A stretch of DNA of 64,000 nt from Paraphysomonas bandaiensis (Eukaryota > Protista > Chrysophyceae), in NCBI GenBank assembly GCA_965644295.1, contig CBFFRP010000377.1, forward strand, positions 1-64,000. The letters are read 5' to 3'. The notes under the pieces were generated by a model. It did not search any database. It saw only the letters and a program-made list of their open reading frames with translations, and was not told the DNA's origin. Below, one piece after another: positions 22,931 through 36,841 of the stretch (position 1 is the first letter of the stretch; each line of letters opens with the position of its first letter). A program made the translations under genes and the position numbers.

Positions 22931-24345
22931 CTACACTACATCCATATCTTCACCAAGCGTTTCATCAGCAGCATCTGGGTCATTGTGGGTACCATTCACA
23001 CGATGATTTGCCAGCCAATATTCCAAAGATTCTTTTGCCTTATTGAGGGTCCCTTGTTTTTGCACAAGTACTCGCTGCTTTGTATCTACCGTTGCCTTCT
23101 TGGTATTGAGGCTCTTTCTTATCTTACATATGAGCTTGTCACCAGCACCTGTAGTCTTAGCTTCCTGCAACGATGCCAATACGGCCTTCTGATATTATCT
23201 ACCCAAGGCATTATTACATCCTTTAAAAACCATTTATAGAAGGATGCGTTGCAGTTTCTAGTGGAGCAAAACACTAGGTAACCATATGCGCCAGGGACAA
23301 CGCTATTGGACATACCAGGCACAAGTGATACCATTATTTGCCCCTCTGGCATGGAAGGATCAGCGACAACCAACACAACGGGAGCAACCAACCCACCAGC
23401 ATTGTGAAGATGAAATTGTTTGATATACGGCGCCTGCTTAGCATTGTTTTCATATGTAGGACAGACGTTCAGGTCACATTTCGCGGGCATGCATACAGTC
23501 GTCTGCTTAACGCTTCCAACCCTGTATTGTGTGACATCCCAGTTACCCTTCATATGTGGATCCAAAGTATCACCAAATGCCATAAACAACACAACCAACG
23601 TTACAGAGTTACGGATAGCAGCTTCCTCTTTAATTCGTGCTCGCGACTTTCCCTGACCGACCTTGTTCTTCAATTGTAGTAGTTTAATGTGCCTATATAT
23701 TTAGAATATTATACTGATTCGCTGTTAGACATGAGCTGCAGTCTAGGGAACTATACATATCACACATTGGTTTAACTATATACCTGTAGCAGGTGTTCGG
23801 GGAAGGCATCTTCAATAATGGCGGCATTCCATTCCGTACATTTATTTCTTCTTTCACCTTGAAGAAAACGTCTTCGCGCAATGCCACAGGGTCTTGGCCT
23901 TTTTTTTGCTCCTTATTGGCATTTTCGATAAGAATCTCCTTCAATCTTTCATCGTCTGATTTGTTAAAGATACGGGGCTTTCCCCCAAACATTTCACACT
24001 TGTAAATTTGGTGCTTCCTAATTCTACGCTTATATTCTCCCAAAGGCCGTTTTCCAAGTTGAACTGCTTCTCAATATCACTGTTAACCAGGCCAAGTTCA
24101 CGAGTATTCCAAACTCTTCCTATTTCATACTTTTCCTCAGGACTGATGCTCGCTTCTGACAGATCAACTGAACGAAGTACTTTATTCTTTGCGTACTTAG
24201 TTCGGAGGTGCTCCAAAATAGTACCTCCTTCCATCCAACTTCTGTCGCGCTTCTTGAGAATTTCGTCGAAGTTGTTCTCATTACTATTATTCACATTATT
24301 TATGTCATGGTCATTTTCACTGTTATTTTATGTATTGTGCGCCAT
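22931..24345 (-). pseudogene. Decayed pogo/Tc1-mariner-type DDE transposase
   Basis: HTH-like GGKPRIFNKSDDERL, NWDVTQY first-Asp motif, NASFYKWFLKDVIMPWV; premature TAA, frameshift ~24040, second and third catalytic residues missing; intron 23693-23783. Confidence 0.6.
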
Positions 24346-24610
24346 TCTAAATCGTTTTTGATTACATTAGGATGTGGGAAATCACATCATATCCCAATAA
24401 ACAGATGTCCATAGTTCCTGGACACACACGAGCTTGTAATTATATGTGATAATGAACATCAATATTCAAAATTTGTAAATTATGAAAACTGAAATGAAAA
24501 ATCAAAAAAGGTGAATTACATGGTTTGGGTGAATAACAGGGTTTTGGTGGGCACTAGCATTTATCTATAGCCAGTGTAACTACAATCCACAGAGAATCGA
24601 TACATATATA

Positions 24611-24772
24611 TTGAAAGTCTTGTTATTTAGCAATAGGCGTTAAAAACTCGTGCCAATATAATGGCTAGTTGAATGCTAGACATACTAGTTAGACCTCTAC
24701 CCATAACTAATCAGCACAAATTCTATTACCCTACTATTTAGCGCTACAGAAGCTGCTTGTGCGTCCACTTCC
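24611..24772 (-). mobile_element. 5'-truncated retroposon copy, family A (19-bp TSD)
   Basis: Flanked by GAGAATCGATACATATATA at 24592-24610 and 24773-24791; similar to copies at 40152, 47654, 48654. Confidence 0.8.
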
Positions 24773-25767
24773 GAGAATCGATACATATATACAAACAGTG
24801 GTCGGCTTCATCCAGAACTAATAGTCTTCATTTTTCTTGACATAGTTCACAAGATACTAGTATGAAAGAGTTATTCCGGAAGCAGCTGATACATTCTCAA
24901 CTATTAAATATTACAACCTCAATGTAGTTCTTGCTTTGTAGTTATATATACTCAGCTGAATATATTTACCTTTCTGTCCCTTTTTCAGGATGATGGATGA
25001 TGAACGACGTGGCCACTCTGCAGACCTCTTTTGCCCGCGCTGAGAATGAATAGCTTTTACCTGAGAAATACGAGCTCACTGAGTGGTCTCATTGCTTCCC
25101 GCATGAAAATATGTTATGAGCTTAGTAATGGTTTTATTACTGTTATCTGTTAAGTACATAATAAATAATAGTAAAATAGTAACACTTGTGCTTAATTGAT
25201 TTAAATATCGATTCTTTTTTTGAAGTATTGAAACCTAGAAGACAGAAGACAGTGTACAATGCTCTATAATTATAGATCACATCAGTAGGTAACTCGTGGG
25301 ACTTGACACTCAATATCTAAAAAATAAACGTAGTAGGGTTAGGGATATTGTTCTTTGATCTACTACCGTCTACGATTCTCAAATGATCTGTTAAACGTAC
25401 CATCACAGTACAATTCTTGAACCAGCTTTACGCTTTACATATCATGCTTATTAAATCGATCAATCTGATTCTTTTCGTGGTACAAATAAGAAACACAGAA
25501 TACACCATGCAATAAATTAATTATCGACCAAAGGAAAATATTGGTGTGACTGTTACCTTGCGCCAAAAAGCAAGTTCAAAAATAAGTCAAGCAAAGCACA
25601 AAAATCACACAAGTGAATTGAAACACAATCGCAAACTATTTCTCCAAGATAGAGCTTCGGCCTATGCATCATAATACAAACATCATGATGTGCACATTGA
25701 AGCCTACAGAACATAATTAGCCCAGTTCTATACAACATAAATACTCACCAAAACCAATAGAATTCAC

Positions 25768-27069
25768 TCATTCTTGTTCTCCCCTGCTCCCAGCAACATC
25801 TGACGACTCCGAATGGGCTGACGGCAAGGAGACGGGTTTGGCATCCAGTTTCGACGACTTGGACTGGAGGCGAATTTGATTGATTAGTCCTACGGCGCCA
25901 TCGACATTGCTATCGGCTACGTCCTTTTCAACTGCTCCAGATTCTGTACCCGGGTCCACTGGATTATCCAGTTCACTGAATCCTGGAGGTGGAAAGCGAG
26001 AACCTGCCTCGGTTTCAAGTTGAGAGACGCCTGGATCAAAAGCACCAGTAGAAGAAGAGGGTTGTGGAGGAAGAGGGGGTGCAAATGGAGCAGCAGTAGG
26101 TGATAAGAGTTTACCCGGAAAGCCCTGCGTGCTATGGTGGTCACTCGGTACCGAAGACTGGTGCGATGCGACTGACATGGATGGTGATCGATCACCGCTC
26201 TCGAAGATGCCGTTGCTGCTAGTAATTTTTGCATCTCCCATTCTGTCTTCGCTATGAGTGGAGGCTGAGTCTTGCTGCATCAAGTAACGTCCACCATACA
26301 CCAAATTTTGAACCTGGGGGTGACTCTGCTGAGGCTTCTGGGGATACTGCGAGGTAAACAAGCCGCCCAGACCAGGCCCCCCGCTACTGTTGCTGGGCTG
26401 CTGTTTGGCCGAATTGTTGCTGCTAAACCCAGGAGGATAGTAGCCGTGCTCTCCCTCGGGAGACCGCCTTCCTCCTTGCTGCTGCTGACCGTACAGTCCG
26501 ATGTGCTGGTGTTGTGGGGCCCATGTAGAAGGATGCGACCTTTGCTGGCTGTGATCGTAATATGAAGTATGAGGTGACATGGTACGACTGGTGGGGAGAT
26601 CTCCGGCAACAAAAACTTCTCCCCCGAGGCTAGATAAAGGGCTCTGTCCATCTTCAGAAGGCATGTAAGTGGATACAAATTCGTCAGTTTGCGGCTGATT
26701 GAAAGCCCGGCCTTGAACACTATGGCTGCTACATTCACTGGCATCATCATTCTCTAGTTTAAACTCACTTCGTAGTGATTCTATTTTCATATTTGCTTTC
26801 TGTAGCTTTCTTTGCAGCTCTTTATTTTCATTGTGAAATTGAGACAGAAGGGATTTAAGTTTCTTACACTCTGATACGAGAGCGGTAATCTCATTGTTTT
26901 TCGCAGTGATAGCATTCTTGAACGCTTTCTGCGTGTTATACCGCTCAGCTTCATGCTCTGCAACAATAGAATTTGCTAAAGATCTCATTTTCCCTTCGTG
27001 TTCTGCAGCCTGTTCATCCCAAACATGGCATATGTGGTTTACCAACTTGGATAACCTGTCGCTATACAT
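25768..27069 (-). CDS. Hypothetical protein: N-terminal coiled coil plus Ser/Gln/Pro low-complexity region (may have an upstream exon)
   Basis: 433-aa ORF with heptad pattern; acceptor-like ttttcaag just upstream. Confidence 0.65.
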   Translation of the reverse strand: MYSDRLSKLVNHICHVWDEQAAEHEGKMRSLANSIVAEHEAERYNTQKAFKNAITAKNNEITALVSECKKLKSLLSQFHNENKELQRKLQKANMKIESLRSEFKLENDDASECSSHSVQGRAFNQPQTDEFVSTYMPSEDGQSPLSSLGGEVFVAGDLPTSRTMSPHTSYYDHSQQRSHPSTWAPQHQHIGLYGQQQQGGRRSPEGEHGYYPPGFSSNNSAKQQPSNSSGGPGLGGLFTSQYPQKPQQSHPQVQNLVYGGRYLMQQDSASTHSEDRMGDAKITSSNGIFESGDRSPSMSVASHQSSVPSDHHSTQGFPGKLLSPTAAPFAPPLPPQPSSSTGAFDPGVSQLETEAGSRFPPPGFSELDNPVDPGTESGAVEKDVADSNVDGAVGLINQIRLQSKSSKLDAKPVSLPSAHSESSDVAGSRGEQE

Positions 27070-27783
27070 TTCTATAGGTACTTGAAAAGAAATAAGTCAG
27101 GTAGGATTCGTTTAAGTAAGCGTCACTTGTACGATTAGTAAGTGCAAGGACTACGACTTGTTAATCTCGTGACATTGCATTCAATTATTGAAAATGCCGG
27201 TACGGAAAAGTCGAGATGTACAGTCTGATAACAGTGGACTTGAAGAACCCACTACAATTAAACGGATGACATTAGGATATACATGATGATATTATTTACC
27301 TGTGGTGTCTGAAGTGTTAGTTAGTTCATATGTTGGAATAATGCACGCTGCTGTGGAATGCACCCACCTGTTTTCTTGTGTATGCGCATGTAGGTATACA
27401 TAGAGTGGTTTCCGTATGTTGTTCGTCGTTCAATTATGATGTGAGGCTAAAATAGCCACACGATTCAACCATACTGCACAGTTGCTGCTGTACAGACACG
27501 ACTACAGACACAGACTACGGACACCGACTACAGGCAAGTGCATGGAAAAAGTGATATACGTGCGGTAGTCTCAGAATACGCCATCCATCACAATGAAATT
27601 TTGTTTATTTTTTAGTTCGAAATTGCAGCACCGACCGGTCTGTTAAACACGTACCGCATATACACACACTGCTGCTGACAGAGTGCTGCATTATGATCCC
27701 ACTGCCTTCAGACAACTTTATGTGCTCTTTCTTGTGGTAAATGCAACAACCCCATTGTGTCATTGATTAACACTGCTGCTGAA

Positions 27784-30182
27784 ATGTATAAAAGAGTCCG
27801 TGTATTGCTGCATGTCTTCTTAGCGGCACATATACTGCAATGCATTGGTGCCACACTGCACTCAGCTGTACGACAAGCCCAATCGAGTAATAAAACTGTT
27901 CTAGAGAGCTCGTTAAAATCAACAACTTATGAAGCGATTGCCACTCTTGTCGACGAGGAAGATACTCTCTCATCACTGGAATCTAATCCCATATCAACTC
28001 CACACCACACGAACAGTCTCTATAATAGCAATACTCGCACTCCATCTATGTCACCAACTTCTACTACAACGAATGTTGTCGGTAATGAGACCCACACTCC
28101 ATCTATGTCACCAACTTCTACTGCGACAGCGTATCCTACAATTAATGTTGTTGGTAATGAGACCCACACTCCATCTATGTCACCAACATATACTGTGACA
28201 GAGTATCCCACAATTAATGTTGTCGGTAATGAGACTCACACTCCATCTATGTCACCAACTTCTACTGCGACAGCGTATCCTACAATTAATGTTGTTGGTA
28301 ATGAGACCCACACTCCATCTATGTCACCAACATATACTGTGACAGAGTATCCCACAATTAATGTTGTCGGTAATGAGACCCACACTCCATCTATGTCACC
28401 AACTTCTACTGCGACAGCGTATCCTACAATTAATGTTGTTGGTAATGAGACCCACACTCCATCTATGTCACCAACTTCTACTGCGACAGCGTATCCTACA
28501 ATTAATGTTGTTGGTAATGAGACCCACACTCCATCTATGTCACCAACTTCTACTGTGACAGCGTATCCTACAATTAATGTTGTCGGTAATGAGACCCACA
28601 CTCCATCTATGTCACCAACTTATACAGCGTATCCTACGATTAATGTTGTCGGTAATGAGACCCACACTCCATCTATGTCACCAACTTCTACTGCGACAGA
28701 GTATCCCACAATTAATGTTGTCGGTAATGAGACCCACACTCCATCTATGTCACCAACTTCTACTGCGACAGCGTATCCTACAATTAATGTTGTTGGTAAT
28801 GAGACCCACACTCCATCTATGTCACCAACTTCTACTGCGACAGCGTATCCTACAATTAATGTTGTCGGTAATGAGACCCACACTCCATCTATGTCACCAA
28901 CTTCTACTGTGACAGCGTATCCCACAATTAATGTTGTCGGTAATGAGACCCACACTCCATCTATGTCACCAACTTCTGCTACAACTACTGTTGTCGGTAA
29001 TGAGACCCACACTCCATCTATGTCACCATCTTCTATCGGGACACCTTACCCCACAATAAATGACCATCTCAATGAGACTGAAGTTCCCACAATATCACCA
29101 TCCCATCAGCAGTCTGCAGGACCAACTGGATCACCATCAGTTTTTCCGTCTAATATGCCTGTTAGTTCTACTCCGAGTTCACCACCGAGTTTAAAGCCGA
29201 CGTATCTGCCAACTTTATATCCAACATATCGACCGACTAGGAGCCCTACTTATCCTCCCTCGCATATGCCGGTGAAAAATATTATTAAGTTTTATATCAT
29301 TTTAATTGGCTTCTCTTTCAGACGGAAGTCCCAACGCCTGCTGGTGAGAGTGGGTCTGAATGGTGGTACCTCACTCGTGCTGTTGTTGGCGTAAATTGGG
29401 ACTCATCGGAGGCTCCGTTGGATGATGCCTCAAAAATAATAAACGATGCTTTCTATGATGTCTTCAAAGATATGATGTATGCATCGCTGAGTAAGGGCAT
29501 GTCGACTACAGTGGAGGCAAGTGATGGTGGCAGTAGGAGTCATCGTCGTTTACTGAGAATGCACTCTGAGAGGAGCGGATGGCAAGACTTTACTCTTTTG
29601 GTGTGGACTATCCCTTCTGGAAGTGCCCAACAGGTATTCATCTGATTACTTTTATGATATCTGTTTTTGTCGTGTATCTTACATATATTGGTGTATAGGT
29701 GCGGCAAGTGCTGTCTGCGACTCAGCGTGATCCTCAACTTGTAATCACGTAAGCTGTTGACTAAGCTCTTTTATATTTTCTTACATATCGAATGTAGTCC
29801 CATGCGAGAAGATGGACTCACTACTGTGAGTTCAGTATTTGTACATGATATAGTAACTTCAACAACCACAGAGGGTCCGCATGTTGCCAATTCCAATGGA
29901 CCACACAGTTCCCCATTAAGAATTGTGTGGATTATATTTTGGACTGTGGTTGTATTCGCTTTTGGAGTGTGTGGAATTTCAGCTCTAAAGCAACGATGCA
30001 ACTCAAGGCATGATCCTTTTACATACAATGCACCTCGAAGTGTATCGTCTATTTGTTGCCCATGTTTCTTTGATGGAAGTAGAAGACCACGCCTTCCACG
30101 GCGTAACCAGTATATGAAATACGACGATGATGACGGTGGTGCTGTTGGCATGGAGATGTCAAGTGATCGTAATGTTTATTGA
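27784..30182 (+). CDS. Mucin-like type I membrane glycoprotein (multi-exon)
   Basis: Signal peptide, 24-aa Thr/Pro repeats, PTxxP stalk, TM helix IVWIIFWTVVVFAFGVCGISAL; introns ~29272-29321, ~29633-29698, ~29749-29798. Confidence 0.8.
28037..29030 (+). repeat. 72-bp coding minisatellite (~14 units)
   Basis: NVVGNETHTPSMSPTSTATAYPTI repeated with variants. Confidence 0.95.
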
Positions 30183-31726
30183 AGCAGCCAATGAAGTATG
30201 TATATCTTGTATTCGTGCTGTATACTATAGGTAGCTTGTGAAACTTATTGTTAATTTACAGCAATATTTCTGGAGAATTAGCACAGTATGACAGTATATT
30301 ATCTTCTGTTATGCTATAATTACAGTAATTATTAACATACCGTAGCCCACCTTGTTGTACAGTTTCCACTACAAACTACAAACACGACGAAATGTTTTAT
30401 TGTTATGTATTTTGTGTCAGAATGAGAGATTGTAGGACAATGTCAATTATATTGTAGCTAGGGAAAGCACTCCTCAAAATCTATATATTATAAGAGTATA
30501 TTGTGTATTGTACTGAAGATGTCGACGAAACAACAAGGGAATATAAATTTCGTTTTTCTTCCTCTTACATTCCACTTACGCATCATATTGGGCCTTAAAG
30601 ATAAAAAATATGTCAAAATATTTCTTTGTTGTAAACTAAAAATACTTTTGAGATCTGTCCTTGAGTAGCGAAATGATAATATGGTAGACAGTTGACAAAT
30701 AAACTTGTGAGTATGTATGTATATTGTGAAGTGTTGGTGTTACTAAAACGTATTGTAGTATTATTTACGCAAAGTACTTGTGCATGTTAGAAATAAACAT
30801 TTTGAAGCTCGAAGTAATATGCTGAATCACATAAACACCACCTTCAATTAATTAAACTGATAACACATTTTTTACTATTCACTTTTCAACTTGATGCATT
30901 GAGTATTTACAATCTTATTTCCATATTTCAGCTTGCCTAGTATAGTTCATAACACTACATCAGAGCCCTATATTACGGCCTTAAACTACAGTATTTGTCA
31001 CTAACTGTTATAAATTATCAACCTTAAACCGCAGCTTTCTAGTGCTCAGCTTTCACTTAAATATCAACCTGCCTCTCACTTCATGTCGTTGCTACAGTTT
31101 TATACTTGGCCATACAACGATTTGCAGGATTGAGCCAAATCGTACGTTCGTGTCCAATTTAGTTGCTCTAACAGCACAAACTACTTGCGGTCCGTGTCTT
31201 TGGTATATGTCCCATGTATATGCCGGAGATCTTTCCAGATCCTTCAAAGTATTGTTCACAGCAACAGTGGAGATGAGTCCTCTGTCTCACAGGTCAATTC
31301 AAGCTGTCCAATATCCCTATAGCACCTACAGTGTCATTCCATGCATCGATCACTCTGAACAGACGCAGTTGGTGATCTTCTTGATGCTTGAATCATACAG
31401 TTGTGTAGCCTGGAAGCAACTCTAGAAACCCCTGTTTTTTGGAAAATAACTGTTTGGCCTGTAGGAGGATCTACTGTAGGAATTCGTAGATCTGGAAGTT
31501 TTGCTGCACACAATATACCTAAAATCCAGTAATTTAGGTATTTTCTCTAATTATCAAGAATATTCTAGAACTTTAGCAAGTTGTTTTTATACAAAAATTC
31601 TTGAAATTAAAAACTTCAACTTCAAAGTTTCCGCCACACGCGGACTACAGCAGAAGTACAGTGAAGTATTGGGAGTGTTCTTTGTCATTATTGCAGACCA
31701 GACACAACACACACAGTGAGAGGAGC

Positions 31727-34700
31727 ATGATTACTAATATCCATAGGCTACACGCAGTGAGTTATTCGGTGCGAGCTCTACACCTTCGTCCTGCAGTGAG
31801 AGCACTTTCGTCTTATAGCGGAGCGGGTGGGAACCCCTTGAGCCCGGACATGTAAGTTCATACACAGCATGCGTACAACACCTATGCCGTATATAGTACA
31901 TGCATGTAAACACCTGTATCACATTCGTTGCATGTATTTGTACCATGTACGCCTTTGCAAGCTGTCAACTTAGCTGTACATCTTTGCTTGCAGTTACACG
32001 GATAATGCATACAAAGCTATAGCCAGGCTACCGCAGTACGCCTCCAAGTATTCCACCCCGTATATTGAAGCTTCCCATATACTGAAGTCAGTAATTGATG
32101 AAGGGCCAACTGGGATTGGGCAGCGAATTGTATCCAAGGCTGGAATCGATGTTAAAACACTGGACGAGTAAACACTCTAACAGCTATATTACGTATGTTG
32201 TAATGTCGTATTTATTCAGGAAATTGGAATTACATCTAAAGTCCCAACCTAAAGTCTCGGACACTTCGACGACATCACTTGGGAAGAGTGGGATGGAGTG
32301 TATTCAGAAGGCCCTTACTTTGAAGGATGAGTACTCAGATCACTATGTCTCTGTAGAACATATACTTCTCGCAACTGCTCAGACAGCTGGGTTTTCAAAA
32401 GAATTATTTAATAAAGTAGGATCGAATTACAGTAAGCTGAAAGAAGCTGTAGACAGTGTTCGAGGTAGTCATAAAGTGACGTCCCGAACTCCAGAAGCTA
32501 AATATGAAGCACTCGAGAAATACAGCCGCGACCTTACAGACGCAGCTCGTGAAGGCCGGCTCGACCCAGTTATTGGTCGAGATGCTGAGATTAGGCGAAC
32601 AGTTCAGATTCTCTCCCGGCGTACTAAGAATAACCCAATCCTGCTTGGTGAGCCAGGTGTTGGTAAAACAGCTATAGCAGAGGGATTGGCACAGCGCATT
32701 GTGAACGGTGATGTACCAGATTCGCTGAAGGGCCGGCGTTTAGTTTCGCTTGATATGGGCGCATTGATAGCTGGTGCCAAGTTTAGAGGCGAGTTTGAAG
32801 AGCGTCTGAAAGCTGTTCTTTCTGAGGTACAAGCTGCAGAGGGGCAAGTAGTACTTTTCATCGACGAGATACATACGGTTGTTGGGGCCGGCGCAGCAGA
32901 GGGTTCTATGGACGCTGGAAATCTCCTTAAGCCTATGCTAGCTAGAGGAGAGTTGCGTTGCATTGGTGCAACCACTCTTAAAGAGTACAAGCAGTATGTG
33001 GAAAAAGATAAGGCGCTGGAGCGCAGGTTTCAGCAGGTGTATTGCAGTCAGCCTACAGTAGAGGACACCATATCAATTCTACGCGGTTTGCGCGAGAAGT
33101 ACGAGGTGCATCATGGGGTACGTATCACTGATGAGGCCTTAATTCAAGCTGCCGTCCTCAGTGATAGATACATATCCGAGAGATTTTTACCAGTAAGTTA
33201 CTGTTGCTATTCTACTAATTCCGATTGTTGTTGCTGATACTCGACTTCTCAGGACAAGGCGATAGACTTAGTGGACGAGGCAGCCGCTAAATTAAATATT
33301 GAGGTCACATCGAAACCACAGGTTCTTGATGAGGTTGATCGGCGGCTAATCCAGCTGAAAATGGAACGAATGTCGGTTGCCCGGGATGAAGGAGGAGATC
33401 CTGAGAGACTGGAGAAGCTTGATCAATCTATCGCCGAACTGCAACGACAGCAGCAGGATCTCAAGGGTCGATGGGATGCCGAGAGAGCAGGAGTGAATCG
33501 TTTGCAAGAGTTAAAGAACAAAATAGATGCTGCCCTGACCGAACTTGAAAAGGCTGAGCGTGACTTTGACCTTAACGCTGCTGCTGAGCTCAAGTATGGC
33601 ACCCTTCCAGATCTACAGCGGTCTCTCGCAGAGGAAGAAGCACGTGTTGAGAGCCAGCGAGTTAAGGATACAGAAAATATGGCACCAATGATCAATGATA
33701 CCGTCACGGAGGATGATATTGCTGCTGTTGTTTCGAGCTGGACAGGAATACCAGTGAGCAAATTGATGATGGGGGAGATGCAAAAGCTACTTAGGCTGAA
33801 GGATGAATTGGATGCCAGAGTAATAGGCCAGGAAGAAGCAACGAAATTGGTTGCAGAGGCAGTGCAGAGGTCAAGAGCAGGGCTCTCGGACCCAACCAAA
33901 CCGATTGCTTCTCTTGTATTTCTTGGGCCGACAGGAGTAGGTATGTGATGTGGTACGATTTCCGGCAACTTTCGTGATGGACGGATGTGTATTTTTATAT
34001 CAGGAAAGACGGAACTCTGTAAGACCCTTGCCAGGTTTCTTTTTGATTCAGAGGATGCCATGACTCGAATTGACATGAGTGAGTACATGGAACAACACAG
34101 TGTTTCCAGACTGATAGGATCACCCCCGGGTTATGGTATGTAATTTACTTTCCCTTAGTCAATTTCTGGTACTCATAGATATGTTCCTAGTTGGTCATGA
34201 GGACGGTGGACAGTTAACTGAGGCTATTAGACGTCGCCCCTATAGTGTGATTCTCTTTGATGAAATGGAGAAGGCGCATCCCGAAGTGTTTAACATCCTT
34301 CTTCAATTATTGGAGTACGTATAGTTTGTGAATGCTTTGTCTAATTTGACATGTGTATACAGCGATGGTAGACTGACAGACTCAAAGGGCAATACGGTCA
34401 ACTTCAGAAACTGTGTGATAATATTTACTTCGAATGTGGGGTCTGGAACTCTTGGTGAAGTTGATACCAATAATCCTGCCCTCGTGAAAGAGCACGTGAT
34501 GGCTGCACTCAGAAAGCGATTTAGACCAGAGTTTCTCAACAGAATTGATGAATTCGTCAACTTCCGTAGCCTCACGATGGATCAGTTGATTCCGATAGTT
34601 GACTTAGAACTGGAAAAAGTTTCTTCCAGATTAGGAGATAGAAAAATTACGTTGAAAGTTTCCAGTGCCGCTAAGCAACACCTTGCGAGTGTCGGGCATG

Positions 34701-34894
34701 ACCCCACATACGGTGCTCGCCCTTTGAAACGAACAATTCAGAGAGAGCTAGAGACGCCTATTGCTCAAGGTATCCTTGGTGGCAAATATAAGCAGGGTTC
34801 CATTGTGTCTGTTGATTGCACAGATGATGCTGTACTTCCTGGTATGCCGGCCTTGATTATCTCAAGCGAAGATAATGGCGAACAGTCTGCGTAG
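31727..34894 (+). CDS. CLPB: ClpB/Hsp100 disaggregase, probably mitochondrial (multi-exon)
   Basis: Arg/Ser-rich presequence; [29 protein letters not shown], middle coiled coil, [24 protein letters not shown]. Confidence 0.95.
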
Positions 34895-35542
34895 TATATT
34901 ACTGGCTTATTTTTCCAAAGGGCAGTTTATAGTTGTTTAAGATTATCTAGCATTTACATTGTAGTTATTTCTTAGTAGAATCGCTGCATTGGTCATTATA
35001 AAGGGCGTATTATATAATGTGCAATATTTTCATGTTTTGTACATTGTTGTTCTTTGTCCTCGGAATCGTTGAACATGTTCTACACAGTTATTACAAGTTC
35101 GTAGTAGAAGAGGATTTCTTTTACAGTGCTACGGATACACCTATACCTGATATATACCTATGGATGTTTTCTTTGGAAACACTACGCACTAACAAGCAGT
35201 TAAGAATTAAGAGTACAACGACTACATACTTAGCATTCAAGTATAACATAGTTGGCATATAGTAATGCACGAAGAAATTCGATAATTAATTTACTTCTAC
35301 ATGATACGATATTTACTTAGTAGAATACAAGGTTCTCAATCTGACTACAAGACACATAAGGCTAACGGATATGCATATGCTTGCGGCAAATATGTCACAA
35401 AACACTTTCCAAATAGACAGCTATATTTAGATAGCATTGCTTGAGAACACAGTTACAGAGGCAAGGTAAATGCACACCCAGCAGGGCAACTAAACTGCCA
35501 CGGGTATCAAAGTCCAGAGTAGGTAGCCCAGGTCAAAGCAGT

Positions 35543-36272
35543 TTAGCAGCACCCACCCCCCTGGGCTTTCTTGCCATTCTGAAGGCTGACACCACCATCA
35601 GTTCCATAATGTTCTGGGTTTTCTCGCAACCTCTCAACTATATCAGATGCTATGGCCAAAAATGCCTCATCAACATTTGTATTCATTTTTGCAGATGTCT
35701 CGAAAAATTTAATGCCGAATTCATCAGCCAATGCCTTGCCTTGAGCATGGGTCACTTTCTGAAATACAAATTAGAGTGATTAAAGTCGTAAATTAAAACA
35801 TACCCTATCCGATGGATCAACGTCAGACTTATTGCCGATCAAAATGCGGTTCACATTCTCTGCGGCATTCTGTTCAATCTGTCTCATCCAGTTGCGGACA
35901 TTTGAAAAACTGCTTTCGTCAGATATATCATAAACCAAAAGAATGCCCATAGCACCGCGATAATAAGCTGTAGTGATAGTTCTAAATCGTTCCTGTCCAG
36001 CTGTATCCCATATTTGCAATTTCACTTTGGAATCGCCGATAGAAATAGACTTTATCTTAAAATCAATTCCGATTGTGGTTATGAATGAGGATGTGAAGGA
36101 GTCATCTGAATAACGCAGTAAAAGACAAGACTTCCCAACCCCTATACGACACTGCCTAAGAACATGTGGGCTCATATATAATCGAATAGTTACCGCTGTC
36201 TCCTATCAGCAGGAGTTTAATAAGATAATCATACTTCGCTGTCCTCACACCACTTGCAGCTCGATTACTCAT
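35543..36272 (-). CDS. RAB8: Rab8/RabE small GTPase (3 exons)
   Basis: [47 protein letters not shown]-terminal GGCC. Confidence 0.92.
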
Positions 36273-36841
36273 CTCTCTATTGGAACAATAAGTTCAATTG
36301 CTTATTACTTGTACCTATGTATCTCTAAGGGGTAGATATCTTTGACAAGGAAGCAATACAGCAGTCTGTATCGTTGTGTGTGTTACACTGTCATACACAC
36401 ACACATGCATACATACATGCATACATACATCATACAGTTAGCATAGAGATGTAGCTACAGCTTCATACACCTTCTTGTTTTTGTTGTCATTTCTAATCGA
36501 ACCTTGAATGGTCACATTCAGTTTATTTTTTTATTTGGTGGAATCTTTCTGGCGAAAGGATACCAACATACACCAACACAGGAGCAGCATACAACTCATA
36601 CTGTGGAATACTGTACCATGTACATAGAGAATACCGCTGGAATAGAGAAGAGGATGCCTCATATCCACCAGCAGCAGTCCAGAGTGTACATAGGCTACAG
36701 GTGTGTGTACTATCTATAGGAGTGTACATCACGCAGCAGTACTGTAGGAATGTATGTGCGTGTACATATATATACGTAGATAGATGTCGACAGCTTCAAT
36801 ATTACACTGTATGAGCAGAATGAGTGTCGCTAGAATTTGAA

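Noticed and set aside
27488-27535. Three short GACAC..GACTAC repeats
   Set aside because: Too short; treated as part of the promoter low-complexity signature.
28037-29030. Regular repeats resembling a CRISPR array
   Set aside because: In-frame coding minisatellite without unique spacers; eukaryotic context and no cas genes.
31042-31425. 127-aa ORF / possible TE remnant
   Set aside because: No recognisable motif on either strand.
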